Assembly (NCBI RefSeq): GCF_006345805.1
Contig: NC_043003.1
Coordinates: forward strand, 113,584,001-113,648,000
Source: Octopus sinensis
Lineage: Eukaryota
Direction: 5' to 3'
Length of the DNA: 64,000 nt
This document shows positions 42,549 to 54,230 of the stretch, piece by piece. How positions within the stretch are numbered: position 1 is the stretch's first letter; each line of letters starts with the position of its first letter. The translations under genes were made by a program, and so were the position numbers. The notes below the pieces were generated by a model that was not told the origin of the DNA, searched no databases, and saw only the letters and a program-made list of their open reading frames with translations.

Positions 42549-42669
42549 CTTTTACATTGGTGACAAATGCCACCTTTTGTGGTTTGTTGTTGTCATTGTA
42601 GATGGCAAAGTACCACACTCCTGCAGTCAAGTACTGAATGATAGCTGTGTTCTTGCCTGGGCTATCTCT
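42549..42669 (-). CDS. TENM: Teneurin exon RDSPGKNTAIIQYLTAGVWYFAIYNDNNKPQKVAFVTNVK(G)
   Basis: tttacaacag|AGA...AAA G|gtaagt, 121 nt, phase 0-1. Carries the teneurin IQYL..G.W..A.YND motif. Not shown in the ORF track. Confidence 0.93.
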
Positions 42670-42945
42670 CTGTTGTAAAGACCAAAAACATAAACATCAT
42701 TAACAATAACATTGCTACCACCATAGTGCTTGTCATCCTTATCTTTTCTTATTGGCAATATTAATTTTCCAGTAAATATTTTCATTGTAAAGTATATTTG
42801 CATCTAAATATGGCTAACCACTGAAGGTGGATATTACTGTAGCTTGTAGCCCAGGAGAACATCTTCTCTAGCTGCCTATTGACACACTTTCTGTGCCCTA
42901 TCGGTATTTGCAAAGGAAGGTCATCCTTCCTTCATCAACCTAAGT

Positions 42946-42995
42946 GATACGCACGGACTGCAGTTTCTGGGTACTAACCCGTCATCAGTGCACGA
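42946..42995 (-). ncRNA. Mirror copy of HHR-2 on the teneurin sense strand
   Basis: Minus strand reads gtgca-CTGATGA-cgggttagtaccca-GAAAC-TGCA-GTC-cgtgcg; stem I is imperfect. Confidence 0.55.
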
Positions 42996-43010
42996 CAATC
43001 ACCGGTTTTC

Positions 43011-43062
43011 GATGGTGTGCTGATGACGGGTCAATACCCAGAAACTGCAGTCCGTGCGTATC
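43011..43062 (+). ncRNA. Decayed type I minimal hammerhead motif (HHR-2, right arm)
   Basis: CTGATGA at 43020-43026; gggt-caat-accc stem II with a C/A mismatch at its base; GAAAC-TGCA-GTC at 43041-43052; stem I pairs only through several G-U wobbles. Confidence 0.6.
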
Positions 43063-43999
43063 ACTTCCTTTGCAAATACCGATAGGGCACAGAAAGTTTG
43101 TCGATAGCCAGCTGGAGAAGATGTTCTCCTGGGGCTACAAGCTACAGTAACATCCACCCTTAGTGGTTAGCCATATTTAGATGGCAAATATACTTCACAT
43201 TGTCGTGCAGTTACTGTCTATACCTCATTCAGAGATTTATTATTTCCATTGAGGCTTTTGTTCTTAACATTATAATCCTCATCATAATTTTAATTTTGCT
43301 TATCAACATCAGCAGCAATGTTGTAAACACTGATATCATCGCAAAACTCATTAATGACATTGTCATTTATAGCATCTTTATCAGTAAAGTTCTGTCGTCA
43401 TTAACTGATCTCATGCTTATCATCATCCCCTTACAAATCAACCAGCCTAATTTCTATAAAAAGTCCTAATAATATGTACAGTTATGTTTGTTCCTTCTCG
43501 AGCCATGCCTGGCTCATAAGGGCCGGTTTCCTGGTTTCTTGGTGTATAGGTTCCCCACCTGGATGGGACACTGGTCCATTGCAGGTGAGCTGCAAGATGC
43601 AGGAGGGAAGAGTGAGAGGTGGCGAATGAGTCAGCAGAAGTTTTGCTATTAGCTTCTGCCGGAGCCGCATGGAGCTTAGGTGTTTTGCTCATAAACACAC
43701 ACATCGTCCGGTCTGAGATTCGAACCCATGATCCCTCGAGCGCGAGTCAGCTGCTCTAACCACTAGGCCATGTGCCTCCACCAATATATACAGTAGTTGA
43801 GGCTATATCAATGCAGGTTGTTGTTTACCCAAAAACTGTGAAAGAAAATATTGAATGAGAGAGATGTCAACCATCTCAACAAACTGTTCTGATAGCCTGT
43901 GTGTGTGCGTGTGTGTGTGCATTCATGTATTTTTAGTAATCGTGGAAGCATATATAGTGGCACCATTTGTAAGGAGTGTATATGATGTATACAGGATGT

Positions 44000-44137
44000 C
44001 CTCTCTCTCTAACCGCTCAGTCGAAGTCGACTCTTGGTCACTCTTTGGATCAGTGTCCTCCAGTCAGTTCTATCCTGGGCCGCTTCCTTCAGACTGGCCA
44101 TGTCCATTCCGGTATCACTCCTGATGGTGTCAAGCCA
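44000..44137 (-). mobile_element. Short 5'-truncated copy of the same RTE LINE with 12-bp TSD
   Basis: Homologous to 4410-4535; TATACAGGATGT at 43988-43999 and 44138-44149. Confidence 0.85.
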
Positions 44138-45036
44138 TATACAGGATGTATATGATGTAAATGAGAGTGTTAAGACAAAAGGAACTTATGATAAAAGGAA
44201 GTTAGTCTTTATTGTTGAATAGCTTTGGTCAATTTTACTTGAGAAGGTGTTGACTGAACACTTTGAATCTTATTATTGAAACCAACTTGGTTCATATTAC
44301 CAACCCATAAGAAACTGTTTCTAATAATCAGCACATATTTAAATGACAAGCGTTAACAAAACCTTATTATTACATTAATATTAAAAATAATGCAAGATTT
44401 TAGAAATTAAAAATGCATCATAGTTTCATGTAATGCTTTTTTTTTTTTGTTTTTGTATTATAAGTTCAGCTGAATAAATACAAAGAAAAACAAAACAGTT
44501 CCACATATTTTCTTGAAGCCCTTAAAGTGCTTCAGTCCATTCCGAACATGAAGAATGGAAACACATGCAATGTTATAAGAGTTTGTAATTAGCGACAGGA
44601 TAGGTGTTTCAGGGACCATTTCCAGGTGTTGAGGTAAATAATTGTTAGCTGGTTGACTGCATTAAGTATCTGTGTCCGATATACAACCAAGTGAAGATGA
44701 ATTCAACAAGTAATGCATTGATAGAAAAACACTACATCAACTCAACCACATTGTTTCTAAAATGGAACTAAACACCAACAGGAAAAGAAAACTGTGATTT
44801 ACAAAGAAAAAAAAGCAAAGGTAATATTATCAGAATCGTTCCAGTTTTAGAATATGTACTTGCAGAGAGTGCAGGCACAAGTATGGCTGTGTGGTAAGAA
44901 GCTTGCTTACCAACCACATGGTTCGGGGTTCAGTCCCACTGCGTGGCATCTTGGGCAAGTGTCTTCTACTATAGCCTCGGGCCGACCAAAGCCTTGTGAG
45001 TGGATTTGGCAGACAGAAACTGAAAGAAGCCCGTCG

Positions 45037-45070
<34 letters not shown>

Positions 45071-45120
45071 TTAGTGAATTGAAGAAATGGAGTTGAACGA
45101 AGATTGAACAGAAATCGTTT

Positions 45121-45213
45121 TATTTCATTCTACACGTGTTTCGAAAGGCACAATTTACCAAATTCCGATTGAATAATGAGACCATATTGTGTCTTTCTCT
45201 TCAGGAAGAAATA
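45121..45213 (-). ncRNA. Mirror copy of HHR-1 on the teneurin sense strand
   Basis: Exact reverse complement of 45335-45427; predicted cleavage 3' of position 45131 on the minus strand. Confidence 0.85.
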
Positions 45214-45334
45214 GGAAATCCGTTGGAAAAAACAAAAACAGAACAGAGGCGGAGCAAAACAATTGAACTAGGAGCCTAGTTCAATTTGTTTTGCTCCGCC
45301 TCTGTTCTGTTTTTGTTTTTTCCAACGGATTTCC

Positions 45335-45427
45335 TATTTCTTCCTGAAGAGAAAGACACAATATGGTCTCATTATTCAATCGGAATTTGGTAAATTGTGC
45401 CTTTCGAAACACGTGTAGAATGAAATA
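45335..45427 (+). ncRNA. Type I minimal hammerhead ribozyme motif (HHR-1, right arm of fold-back)
   Basis: Stem I tatttcttc/gaa-t-gaaata; CTGAAGA at 45344-45350; stem II gaaag-a-cacaat...attgtg-c-ctttc; GAAA at 45406-45409; C-ACGT-G; GTA triplet at 45415-45417. All core nucleotides present. Confidence 0.85.
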
Positions 45428-45918
45428 AAATGATTTCTGTTCAATCTTCGTTCAACTCCATTTCTTCAATTCACTAATAATATTAAAATTCAATTATCCG
45501 CACCAACGCACGGTTGCAACACCATATGGTTGTACCTCCAACCGTGCTGTCTTCTGCTGTGATTTTTGCTACCAAGGTATCGGTTAAACTTTTGATTAAT
45601 CTGCAACAAGATTATTCATCTTTCTATTTCACATAAATTATATATATATATATGTATGTGTGTGTGTATGTTTGTGTGTCTGTGTTTGTCCCCCCCAACA
45701 TCGCTTGACAACTGATGCTGGTGTGTTTATGTCCCCATAACTTAGCGGTTCGGCAAAAGAGACCAATAGAATAAGTCCTGGGGTCAATTTGCTCGACTAA
45801 AGGCAGTGCTCCAGCATAGCCACAGTCAAATGACTGAAACAAGTAAAAGAAAAATAGCCTCAGACCAAGTAAAGCCTTGCGAGAGGACTTGGTAGATGGA
45901 AACTGAAAGAAGCACATC

Positions 45919-45949
<31 letters not shown>

Positions 45950-46332
45950 ATATATATACATACATACATAGATAGATATGTATGTATATATTTGTGTGTG
46001 TGCATGTGTTTGTCTCCCCACCATTGCCTGAAAACCGATGTTGGTATGTTTACATCCCTATAACATAGTAGATTGGCAAAAGAGACCGACAAGTACTAGG
46101 CTTACAAAGAATAAGTCCTGGGGTCAATTTCATTGACTTAAAAAAACCCTTTAAGGCAGTGCTCCAGCATGGCTGCAATCAAATGAGTGAAACAAGTAGA
46201 AGAATAAAAGAAACGACGGTGTAACTTAGCTTAAATGATAAGCAGAAGCAAACTGGACTGGGTTCGCTTCTGCATCAACTTTTAAAATATGGAAAATGAA
46301 ACAAACTGAAAGAAGTTCTCAAAATAACATAC

Positions 46333-46592
46333 CCAAGATAGTGACCTTTTCACCAGTCTCGAGCCACTGAAAATTTCAAAAAACTCAAATTGGACATGTG
46401 TTGGCGGTAGGTTTTTCCGTCCGTATATACCTAGTACAGCATGATCAGGGATGGTAAAGTTGATCTTGATAAAACCTGGGTCAAGTTGTTCAAACTTTGA
46501 CTGCCAAAACGATTTGGGTGGAATCTTCAGTTGTTGGAGTTGGCCAAGATGCACAATTGAAGGGCTTGGCAATGCAGTTGTAGATGAGGAAC
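46333..46592 (-). CDS. TENM: Teneurin exon, N-terminal part of the pre-EGF extracellular beta-sandwich region
   Basis: tttaaacag|GT TCC...TGG|gtatgt, 260 nt, phase 1-0. Encodes IPPKSFWQSKF...NFTIPDHAVLGIYGRKNLPPTHVQFEF, matching the teneurin FW....GIYGR...PPTH.Q..F motif. Confidence 0.93.
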
Positions 46593-47203
46593 CTGTTTAA
46601 AGGAAAGGCAAAAAAAGAAAATGACGTAAAAACTTACTTTAAAATACTTTTCCCATTTTTGCTTTGTATGACAGACGGAAAGGGTTCAGAGTGAAAAAGA
46701 CATAATTTTAATTTCTAAGCTTTCATTCGATTCCATCTGAAGAAAAACAGTGATCACAGATTTTAAAGTGGAATCAAAACAAGTTCCTAATCTCCATCTG
46801 CATTTAGAAAGTTTACAAGTTCAATCTAGGTTGAAAATTGAGAGACGTATTCTTATAAATGCTTTTAACATAACATTTTTCTTAGTTTGTGTGTGTTGTG
46901 CTCTTACTCCATGCAACACCAGATTTTCATGTGATGGCAATATTCTCACAGAAGGTAATTAATGAATAACATTTGTTTTTGTTGTTTTGTTTCTGTGTGT
47001 GTGTTTGGTGTGTGTGTGTTTAGCAGCTAGGTTTCTAATTTGGAAAAGGTAATATCCCTTGCTTCAATACAATTGCCCAGAAAATCTTACGGCTGAAATT
47101 TTACTCAAGGTTTGCTCACTACCAAAATATTTTCTAAAGTTCCTGCAATGATAAAGTGTGCTCACTCTTTATATCTTTCCAGTCTCATGACCAATTCCTT
47201 TAA

Positions 47204-47690
47204 CCCTTTCGTTACTGAATTTCTGTTGAGATGCTCTGTGCTTCTTTCAATTACTTTTAATATAACAAAGAATTTAGTAAAATTTCTTAATTATCATTCA
47301 ACTGGTGTTAGGAACATAAATTGTGACTAAGGTTTGGTGGAAGATTTTAATGCAAAACTTATGAAAACAAGACATTTGTACTATAGAGCCAGAGCTGGTT
47401 TCAGCCAGGTGGTAAATGTTCCTTCTCAAGCTATGCCAGGCTCATAAGGGCCGGTTTCCCGGTTTCTGTGGCATAGAAATTCCCCACCTGGATGGGACGC
47501 CGGTCCGTTGCAGGATTACTCATTTTTGACAGGTGAGTGGACTGGAGCAACGTGAAATGAAGGGTTTTGCTCAAGAACACAACGCATCGCCCGGTCCAGG
47601 AATTGAAAACACAACCTTACGATCATGAGTTCAACACCCTAACCACTAAGCCACGCACCTCCACTTTCAGCCAGGTTGTTAACGAAAGGG
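47204..47690. mobile_element. piggyBac-type MITE copy (inverted) interrupted by a SINE
   Basis: TTAA|ccctttcgttac ... aacgaaaggg|ttca; body is the reverse complement of 12209-12428. Confidence 0.8.
47411..47664 (-). mobile_element. SINE family C with 12-bp TSD, inserted in a piggyBac-type MITE
   Basis: TTTCAGCCAGGT at 47399-47410 and 47665-47676; relatives at about 43490-43780 and 60010-60175. Confidence 0.8.
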
Positions 47691-48606
47691 TTCATGCTAA
47701 GTGATAGGCGTGTAAACATGTCCCTCTTTTGATTTATTCCTATTATCAGGAAGATGGCCAAGACAAAATCATAAAAGCATTGAACGAGATGTCTTAGAGT
47801 AATTAGTTATTCCGAGTTCAAATATTAGCATAGTCAACCTTGCTTTTCATTCTCCTAGTGGTTGGGTGGGCATGGAGTCAATAAAACACTGGACCAAAAT
47901 TGTTAGCCTTCACCTTAAACTAGAGGCCATTATTAAAACTATTTTTGTTGTTGTTATTAATTTTGGATGTTTCCAGTAATTTCAAACGAGTTGTTCATTG
48001 CAACACCAGTTGCGCATTTGTCTTTATGAGAAGATGAGAGATGTGCAATACTGTCTTCTGGTGCCGGAGGAAAGAGTGTCTTTCTACAGGCTCCAAATCT
48101 AAGCCATGATGTTCTGTTGGGCCTTGCCATAGTTTTGGTTTTTCTTGTTTAATGGAAGCTTTCATCTTTGCAAGTTGCATGTGTTGTATGGGAGTCAAAC
48201 AAAAACTAAGATCTTGTATAAAATGTGTTTAATAAGAATATTTGGGAAATGGGTATAAAGTTGGTCGTCCTGATACTTCTTTTTCCTCTTCTTTTTTTAT
48301 GATACGCACTGCATTAATCATTCTTGGTATTATTAGTTACCCATGTATCCAACATCTTGCTTTTCCTATTTAAAACTTCTTATACTCTTCTATTTCCTTC
48401 CAAATGATATTTCTATTAGAACTTTCATTTTCTGTTTTTATTCTGATCTGCAAGTGATTTTCACTGACTTTTCTCTAACAACTTAGATATAACGTCTCAG
48501 ACAAGTGTAGCAATATTATCGTCACAGAGCAGCCTCAGAGGATTCTTTTATCACATACTATAAAGACATCTACATTATTCCACACACGATGTAACTATCT
48601 TGTAGC

Positions 48607-48638
<32 letters not shown>

Positions 48639-50721
48639 CAGCGGTAGTAGTTGTCGTAGTTGTTGTTGTTACATAAGCACAAGGTGCCAATTTGTGGGAA
48701 GGAAGCAATTATAACCATTAGTAATGGACTGGTATATTATTTTATCAACTTGGAAAGAGAAAAAGCCAAATCTCTCACATTGGGATTTCGATTTAGAAAG
48801 TAAAAAAGCGAGAAGCAGAAAAAGGCTGCGAGGCTCCAATACTTTCTGTTTCTATTACCACAATACAGACAACGACAATCAAGACTTACTACTACTACCA
48901 CCACCACCACCACCACAAAGCCATCTCAATTCTTTTACACTGATAATATTCTGAAGAATAGCAACAATGTTACAATATCAAATTTGAAGTCAAAACAAAT
49001 CTGTAGTTTTATGCCTATTCAAAAGAAATCTTTGTAGTTGTTGTTGTTGTTGTTATTATTATTATTATTATTATTGTTATTATTATCATTATCATCACCA
49101 TTCCTATAACTACAGTTGAGCAAATGACAAAAACAAAGGAAGAGACAGATTCTTTACACCCCAAAACCTCTCTCTGGTTTCAATCATCGTATTTTGGCAA
49201 TGCCTCAATAAAAAGGTAACAATGACAAAATCCCTACCTGCTTAAGAAAAACAGCATCACCATCATCATTATTATTATCATCATCATTTCTATATTTATA
49301 ATTATTTAATTACTAATCAATAAAACTATCTCTTTCAACACAAGCAAATTGTATGTCTTTAAAATGTGTCTTTATCGAGTTTTTACCTTTACATCAATAA
49401 TGATGGGAAAGAAAAGGAACACAAGAGAAAATTAAATATCTACACACACACACACACACAAAGAAAGGGAAACTAGAAGTGTAACACAACACCATCCCAA
49501 AACAAACTTCATATGTTATTATTTTTTGTTTTTGTTGCTTTTTCCTAATATACTTCCACATATCATCACATTTGATAACTCTTGGTTGTTTTGTTGTTGT
49601 TGTTTGTACAGTTGTAATGTATTCAAGGCAATTATTTAAAGCTGTGTAATATAGTTTTTGCTAATAATAAGTCTGCTAACATTTTAACTTCAATAGTCAG
49701 CCAAATGGCATTGCCAAATTTAAAAGTTCCTTCTTTCCACAAACCCAACCCATTAACAGCAAACAATTTGGGTTTTTTTTCAAAAAAAAAAAAAAAAACA
49801 ACAAGAAAAAAACTAGTAGCTGGTGATTTGAAAGAAAAGTGAGGGGTGTGTGTGTATGTGTATGTTGACATATGCATGGGCAAGAAGATAGATATGTGAA
49901 CTCAAAGCAGAGAATAAGAAGGAAACAGAATTAAGAAGACATTGCTAAACACACATGCGCGCACACACACACACACATTTATACATACATTCATATAAAT
50001 ATAGATGTATGAATATATATGCATATATGAATGTATACAGACATACATTCATATATATATGTCTACATATATACATACATACATATATATATGTCTACAT
50101 ATATACATACATACATATATATATGTATATATGCATATATATGTGTGAATATATATATATATATATGTGGAGGCACAATGGCCCACTGGTTAGGGCAGCG
50201 GACTCACAGTCGTAGGATCGCAGTTTCGATTCCCATACCGGGCGTTGTGAGTGTTTATTGAGTGAAAACACCTAAAAGCTCCACGAGGCTCGGGTAGGGG
50301 GTGGTAATCCCTGCTGTACTCTTTCACCACTCTTTCTTTCACTCTTTCTTCTGTTGGCCTGCTCACTTAGCTTGCGGGGTGGCGTCATTCGAAGGCTAAA
50401 ACAATGCGAAGTGCATTGTAACCAGCGATGTGTAACAACATTCTGATGGTCTGGTCGGTAACGTGATCACGTGATATATATATATATACGTATGTATATA
50501 AATATATATCACTAGCCCTACACATTTTTCTATTTTCTCTCCCTGTTCATTTCTGTGTTCCTTTCTGTCGAAGACCATAGGCTCAAAATGTGTAAAATAC
50601 TTTCTCACTTCCCGAGTGTTAAACTAATACACCTGTTTGTTGTTTACACACCCATCATCGTCTTTTGTTTTTTGTTTTTTTGTAAATTCACACTATATGT
50701 ATATATGTGTGTGTGTGTATG

Positions 50722-50774
<53 letters not shown>

Positions 50775-50789
50775 GTATATATATAAAAG

Positions 50790-51950
50790 GAGAATATTCT
50801 ACTTCAAAACAATGGTGTCAGATCACAAATTGTTGATGCAACACTTAAAGAGATCTTTTCTTTGCAACCATGTGGAAGTAGTGGAGTTGACAACCAATCT
50901 AAGACTTCTTACAGAAGGTCATTCTGATGAAAGAGAGTTTGCTAATTGCCTTCTTGATGTAGGAAATGGAAACCTGTCTGTTGAACAAAGCCTAGGTGCA
51001 TTCGAAGCCAAACTACCCAATGACTCTCGCCTTGAAAGTGGTACTCTTTCAGATCAATGTGATTTTGTATATGCTGACCTAACTTCACAAACCCTGTGTG
51101 GCTTGCAAATAGAACCATCGTTACTCCAACAAATGAAGCAGCAGAATTTGTGAATGATTTTCTATTGACCAGGATGCCTGGGGAGCTAAAAACATACAGA
51201 AGCTCAGATGCAGTTGATAATGACCCAATCGAGTTCATCAACAAACTCACACCATCAGGGTTTCCACCACACATTCTCAAACTGAAAGAAAAACGATGCA
51301 TGATGCTTCTGGGAAACTTAGATGCTACTGTATCCTCATCATCATCATTTAACGTCCGTTTACCATGCCGGCATGAATTGGATGGTTTGACTGGGGACTG
51401 GCAAGCCAGGAGGCCGCACCAGGCCCCAGTCTAATCTGGCAATGTTTCTACAGCTGGATGCCCCTCCTAATACTAACCACTCCGAGAGTGTAGTGGGTGC
51501 TTTTTACATGCCGCTGGCACGGGAGCCAATTGAGCAGCACTGGCATTGGCCACAACCACAATTTCCATTTGATTGTGATTTGATTTTGATTGTGACATTG
51601 CAAGAGCACACACCACATCATTGTCAGAGCATGTTACTGAGGCTGAGGTTGCTTCTGGTCCTTTATGCAGGATCAACTCAGCTAATCCCAAGAATACAAC
51701 ATGTATCACAAGAAATGGAATTTCCATTTCCATTTACATGCAAGCAATTTCTTGTGAAGTCAGCTTTTAAACAAATTGGACAATATCTTCCAACACAATT
51801 CTTCTCACATACTCAACTGTATACTGCATTATCTTATGTTCGAAAGAAGGCTAATGCAAAAATATCGGCTGAGAGAAAAGGAAACGGTGTGATTACCGAC
51901 AATGTCTCTACAAGGAGATACTACTTTAAAGCAAAATATGCTTTTTAGCA
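50790..51950 (+). pseudogene. Helitron PIF1-like helicase relic, split by a family E retroposon (51332-51590)
   Basis: LTTNLRL...FANCLLDVGNG, RTIVTPTNEAAEFVN, EFINKLTPSGFPPHILKLK, LIPRI...FPFTCKQF and FSHTQLYTALS match Helitron helicase motifs; frameshifted. Confidence 0.85.
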
Positions 51951-52447
51951 AGTATCAGTAAATAGAATTAACACATAAATTATATGTAAGGTAACATATA
52001 TTTGTGAGCTATTAAATTGTTTTGGCATATTTTAACACATAATGAATGAATGATATCGTTATATTAGATTATTTTAAATTTGGGTATATTTCAAAAAGTG
52101 AAGAAACATCATTTCCATGTGTTATCACACCACCAGACTTTTGTGTGTGTATCCCTCCCTCCTATATCTATCTATGTACACCAATGTAAGTTCTACCAAT
52201 TATTAATGATAAATATATATTATATAACAGATTGACTCTTTAAAAAAGAAAGATTATGACTGATAAAATAGTGAAAGCAATATTTACTAAGCAAGTGAGC
52301 ACTATTATACAAAGAAATAATTAGATGTAAAACATCATAAATATTATTACACTTGGGAAACAAATGTGGAAATATTATCTAGTGGCCAGCAGAAAACTGC
52401 CTGGATGGCAGTCTTTCTGTTAGTATGCATATATGTATATATATATA

Positions 52448-52480
<33 letters not shown>

Positions 52481-52719
52481 GAGTGTGTGCGTGTGTTGTA
52501 TATACATACACATGCGTGTGCATATGTATATATATATGCATGTATACATACATATATATGTATGTATACATACATATGTGTACATGCATATATTGTATGT
52601 GTACATGCATATATATGTATGTGCACACGCATGTATATATATATGTGTACATGCACATATATATGTGTACATGCACATATATATATATGTATGTATGTAT
52701 GTATAAGTATATATATGGT

Positions 52720-52810
52720 ATATATCTGGACAAATTTCTTCAAGGAATACCAGATAAGCCACTATGCATGGATACAATGCATTTTGGTTGAAACAAATCT
52801 AATTGTCTAA
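52720..52810 (+). mobile_element. Extreme 3' end of a CR1-like LINE
   Basis: LDKFLQGIPDKP motif followed directly by a TACA/TA microsatellite tail. Confidence 0.5.
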
Positions 52811-52841
52811 GTTATACATACATACATATATATATATAAAT

Positions 52842-52874
<33 letters not shown>

Positions 52875-52877
52875 AAT

Positions 52878-52910
<33 letters not shown>

Positions 52911-53207
52911 AATATACATACATACATATATATATATATAAATATACATATACATATATATATATACATACATACATATATATATATAAATATACATATA
53001 CATACATACATACATATATATAAATATACATACATACACATACATACATACATATATATATATAAATATACATACATACATATATATAAATATACATACA
53101 TACATATATATATATAATATACATACATACATATATATATATTAAATATACATACATACTATATATATATAATATATACATACATATATATATATATATA
53201 TATAAAT

Positions 53208-53240
<33 letters not shown>

Positions 53241-54230
53241 AAATACATACATACATATATATATATATAAATATACATATACATATATATATATACAACA
53301 TACATATATATATATAATATACATATACATACATACATACATATATATATATAAATATACATACATACACATACATACATACATACATATATATATATAA
53401 ATATACATACATACATATAATATAAATATACATACATACATATATATATATATAAATATACATACATACATATATATATATAAATATACATACATACATA
53501 TATATATATATAAATATACATACATACATTGGCACATAAAAACACCATCCGAGCGTGGCCGTTCGCCAGCCTCGTCTGGCACCTGTGTCGGTGGCACATA
53601 AAATCACCCACTACACTCTCGGAGTGGTTGGCGTTAGGAAGGGCATCCAGCTGTAGAAACACTGCCAGATCTGACTGGCCTGGTGCAGCCTTCGGGCTCC
53701 CCAGACCCCAGTTGAACCGTCCAACCCATGCTAGCATGGAAAACGGACGCTAAATGATGATGATGATGATGATGATGATAAATATACATACATACATATA
53801 TATATATATAAATATACATACATACATATATATATATATAAATATACATACATACATATATATATATATAAATATACATACATACATATATATATATATA
53901 AATATACATATACATATATATATATACATATACATACATACATATATATATATAAATATACATATACATACATACATATATATATATAAATATACATACA
54001 TACACATACATACATACATATATATATATAAATATACATACATATACATACATATATATATATAAATATACATATATATATATAAATATACATACATATA
54101 CATACATAAATATACATACATATACATACATAAATATACATACATATACATACATAAATATACATACATATACATACATACATATATATATATATATTAT
54201 ATATATATATACTAGAAAACCCAGAAAAGG

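Larger units (their letters stand above)
42783..43240. mobile_element. Fold-back element with hammerhead motifs (older copy, different family)
   Basis: Inverted arms spanning 42783-43202, roughly 90% identical, with a 25-nt insert in the left arm. Possible target duplication tattttcattg (42777-42787) / tatttccattg (43241-43251). Confidence 0.6.
45063..45630. mobile_element. Fold-back retroposed element (Penelope-like pLTR derivative inferred): 423-bp palindrome plus about 145-bp asymmetric extension
   Basis: Arms of about 210 bp with 1 substitution and 1 indel and a 2-nt loop at 45273-45274. Inserted in the (TA)n of a SINE, whose two halves flank it. Confidence 0.7.
44871..45851 (+). mobile_element. 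SINE family A split by the HHR-1 fold-back insertion
   Basis: 5' half at 44871-45062 ends in (TA)n; 3' half resumes at about 45640 in the same orientation. Confidence 0.8.

Noticed and set aside
49632-49883. ORF considered as the teneurin TM exon
   Set aside because: The hydrophobic part comes from a poly-T run, with no acceptor/donor pair or TM motif.
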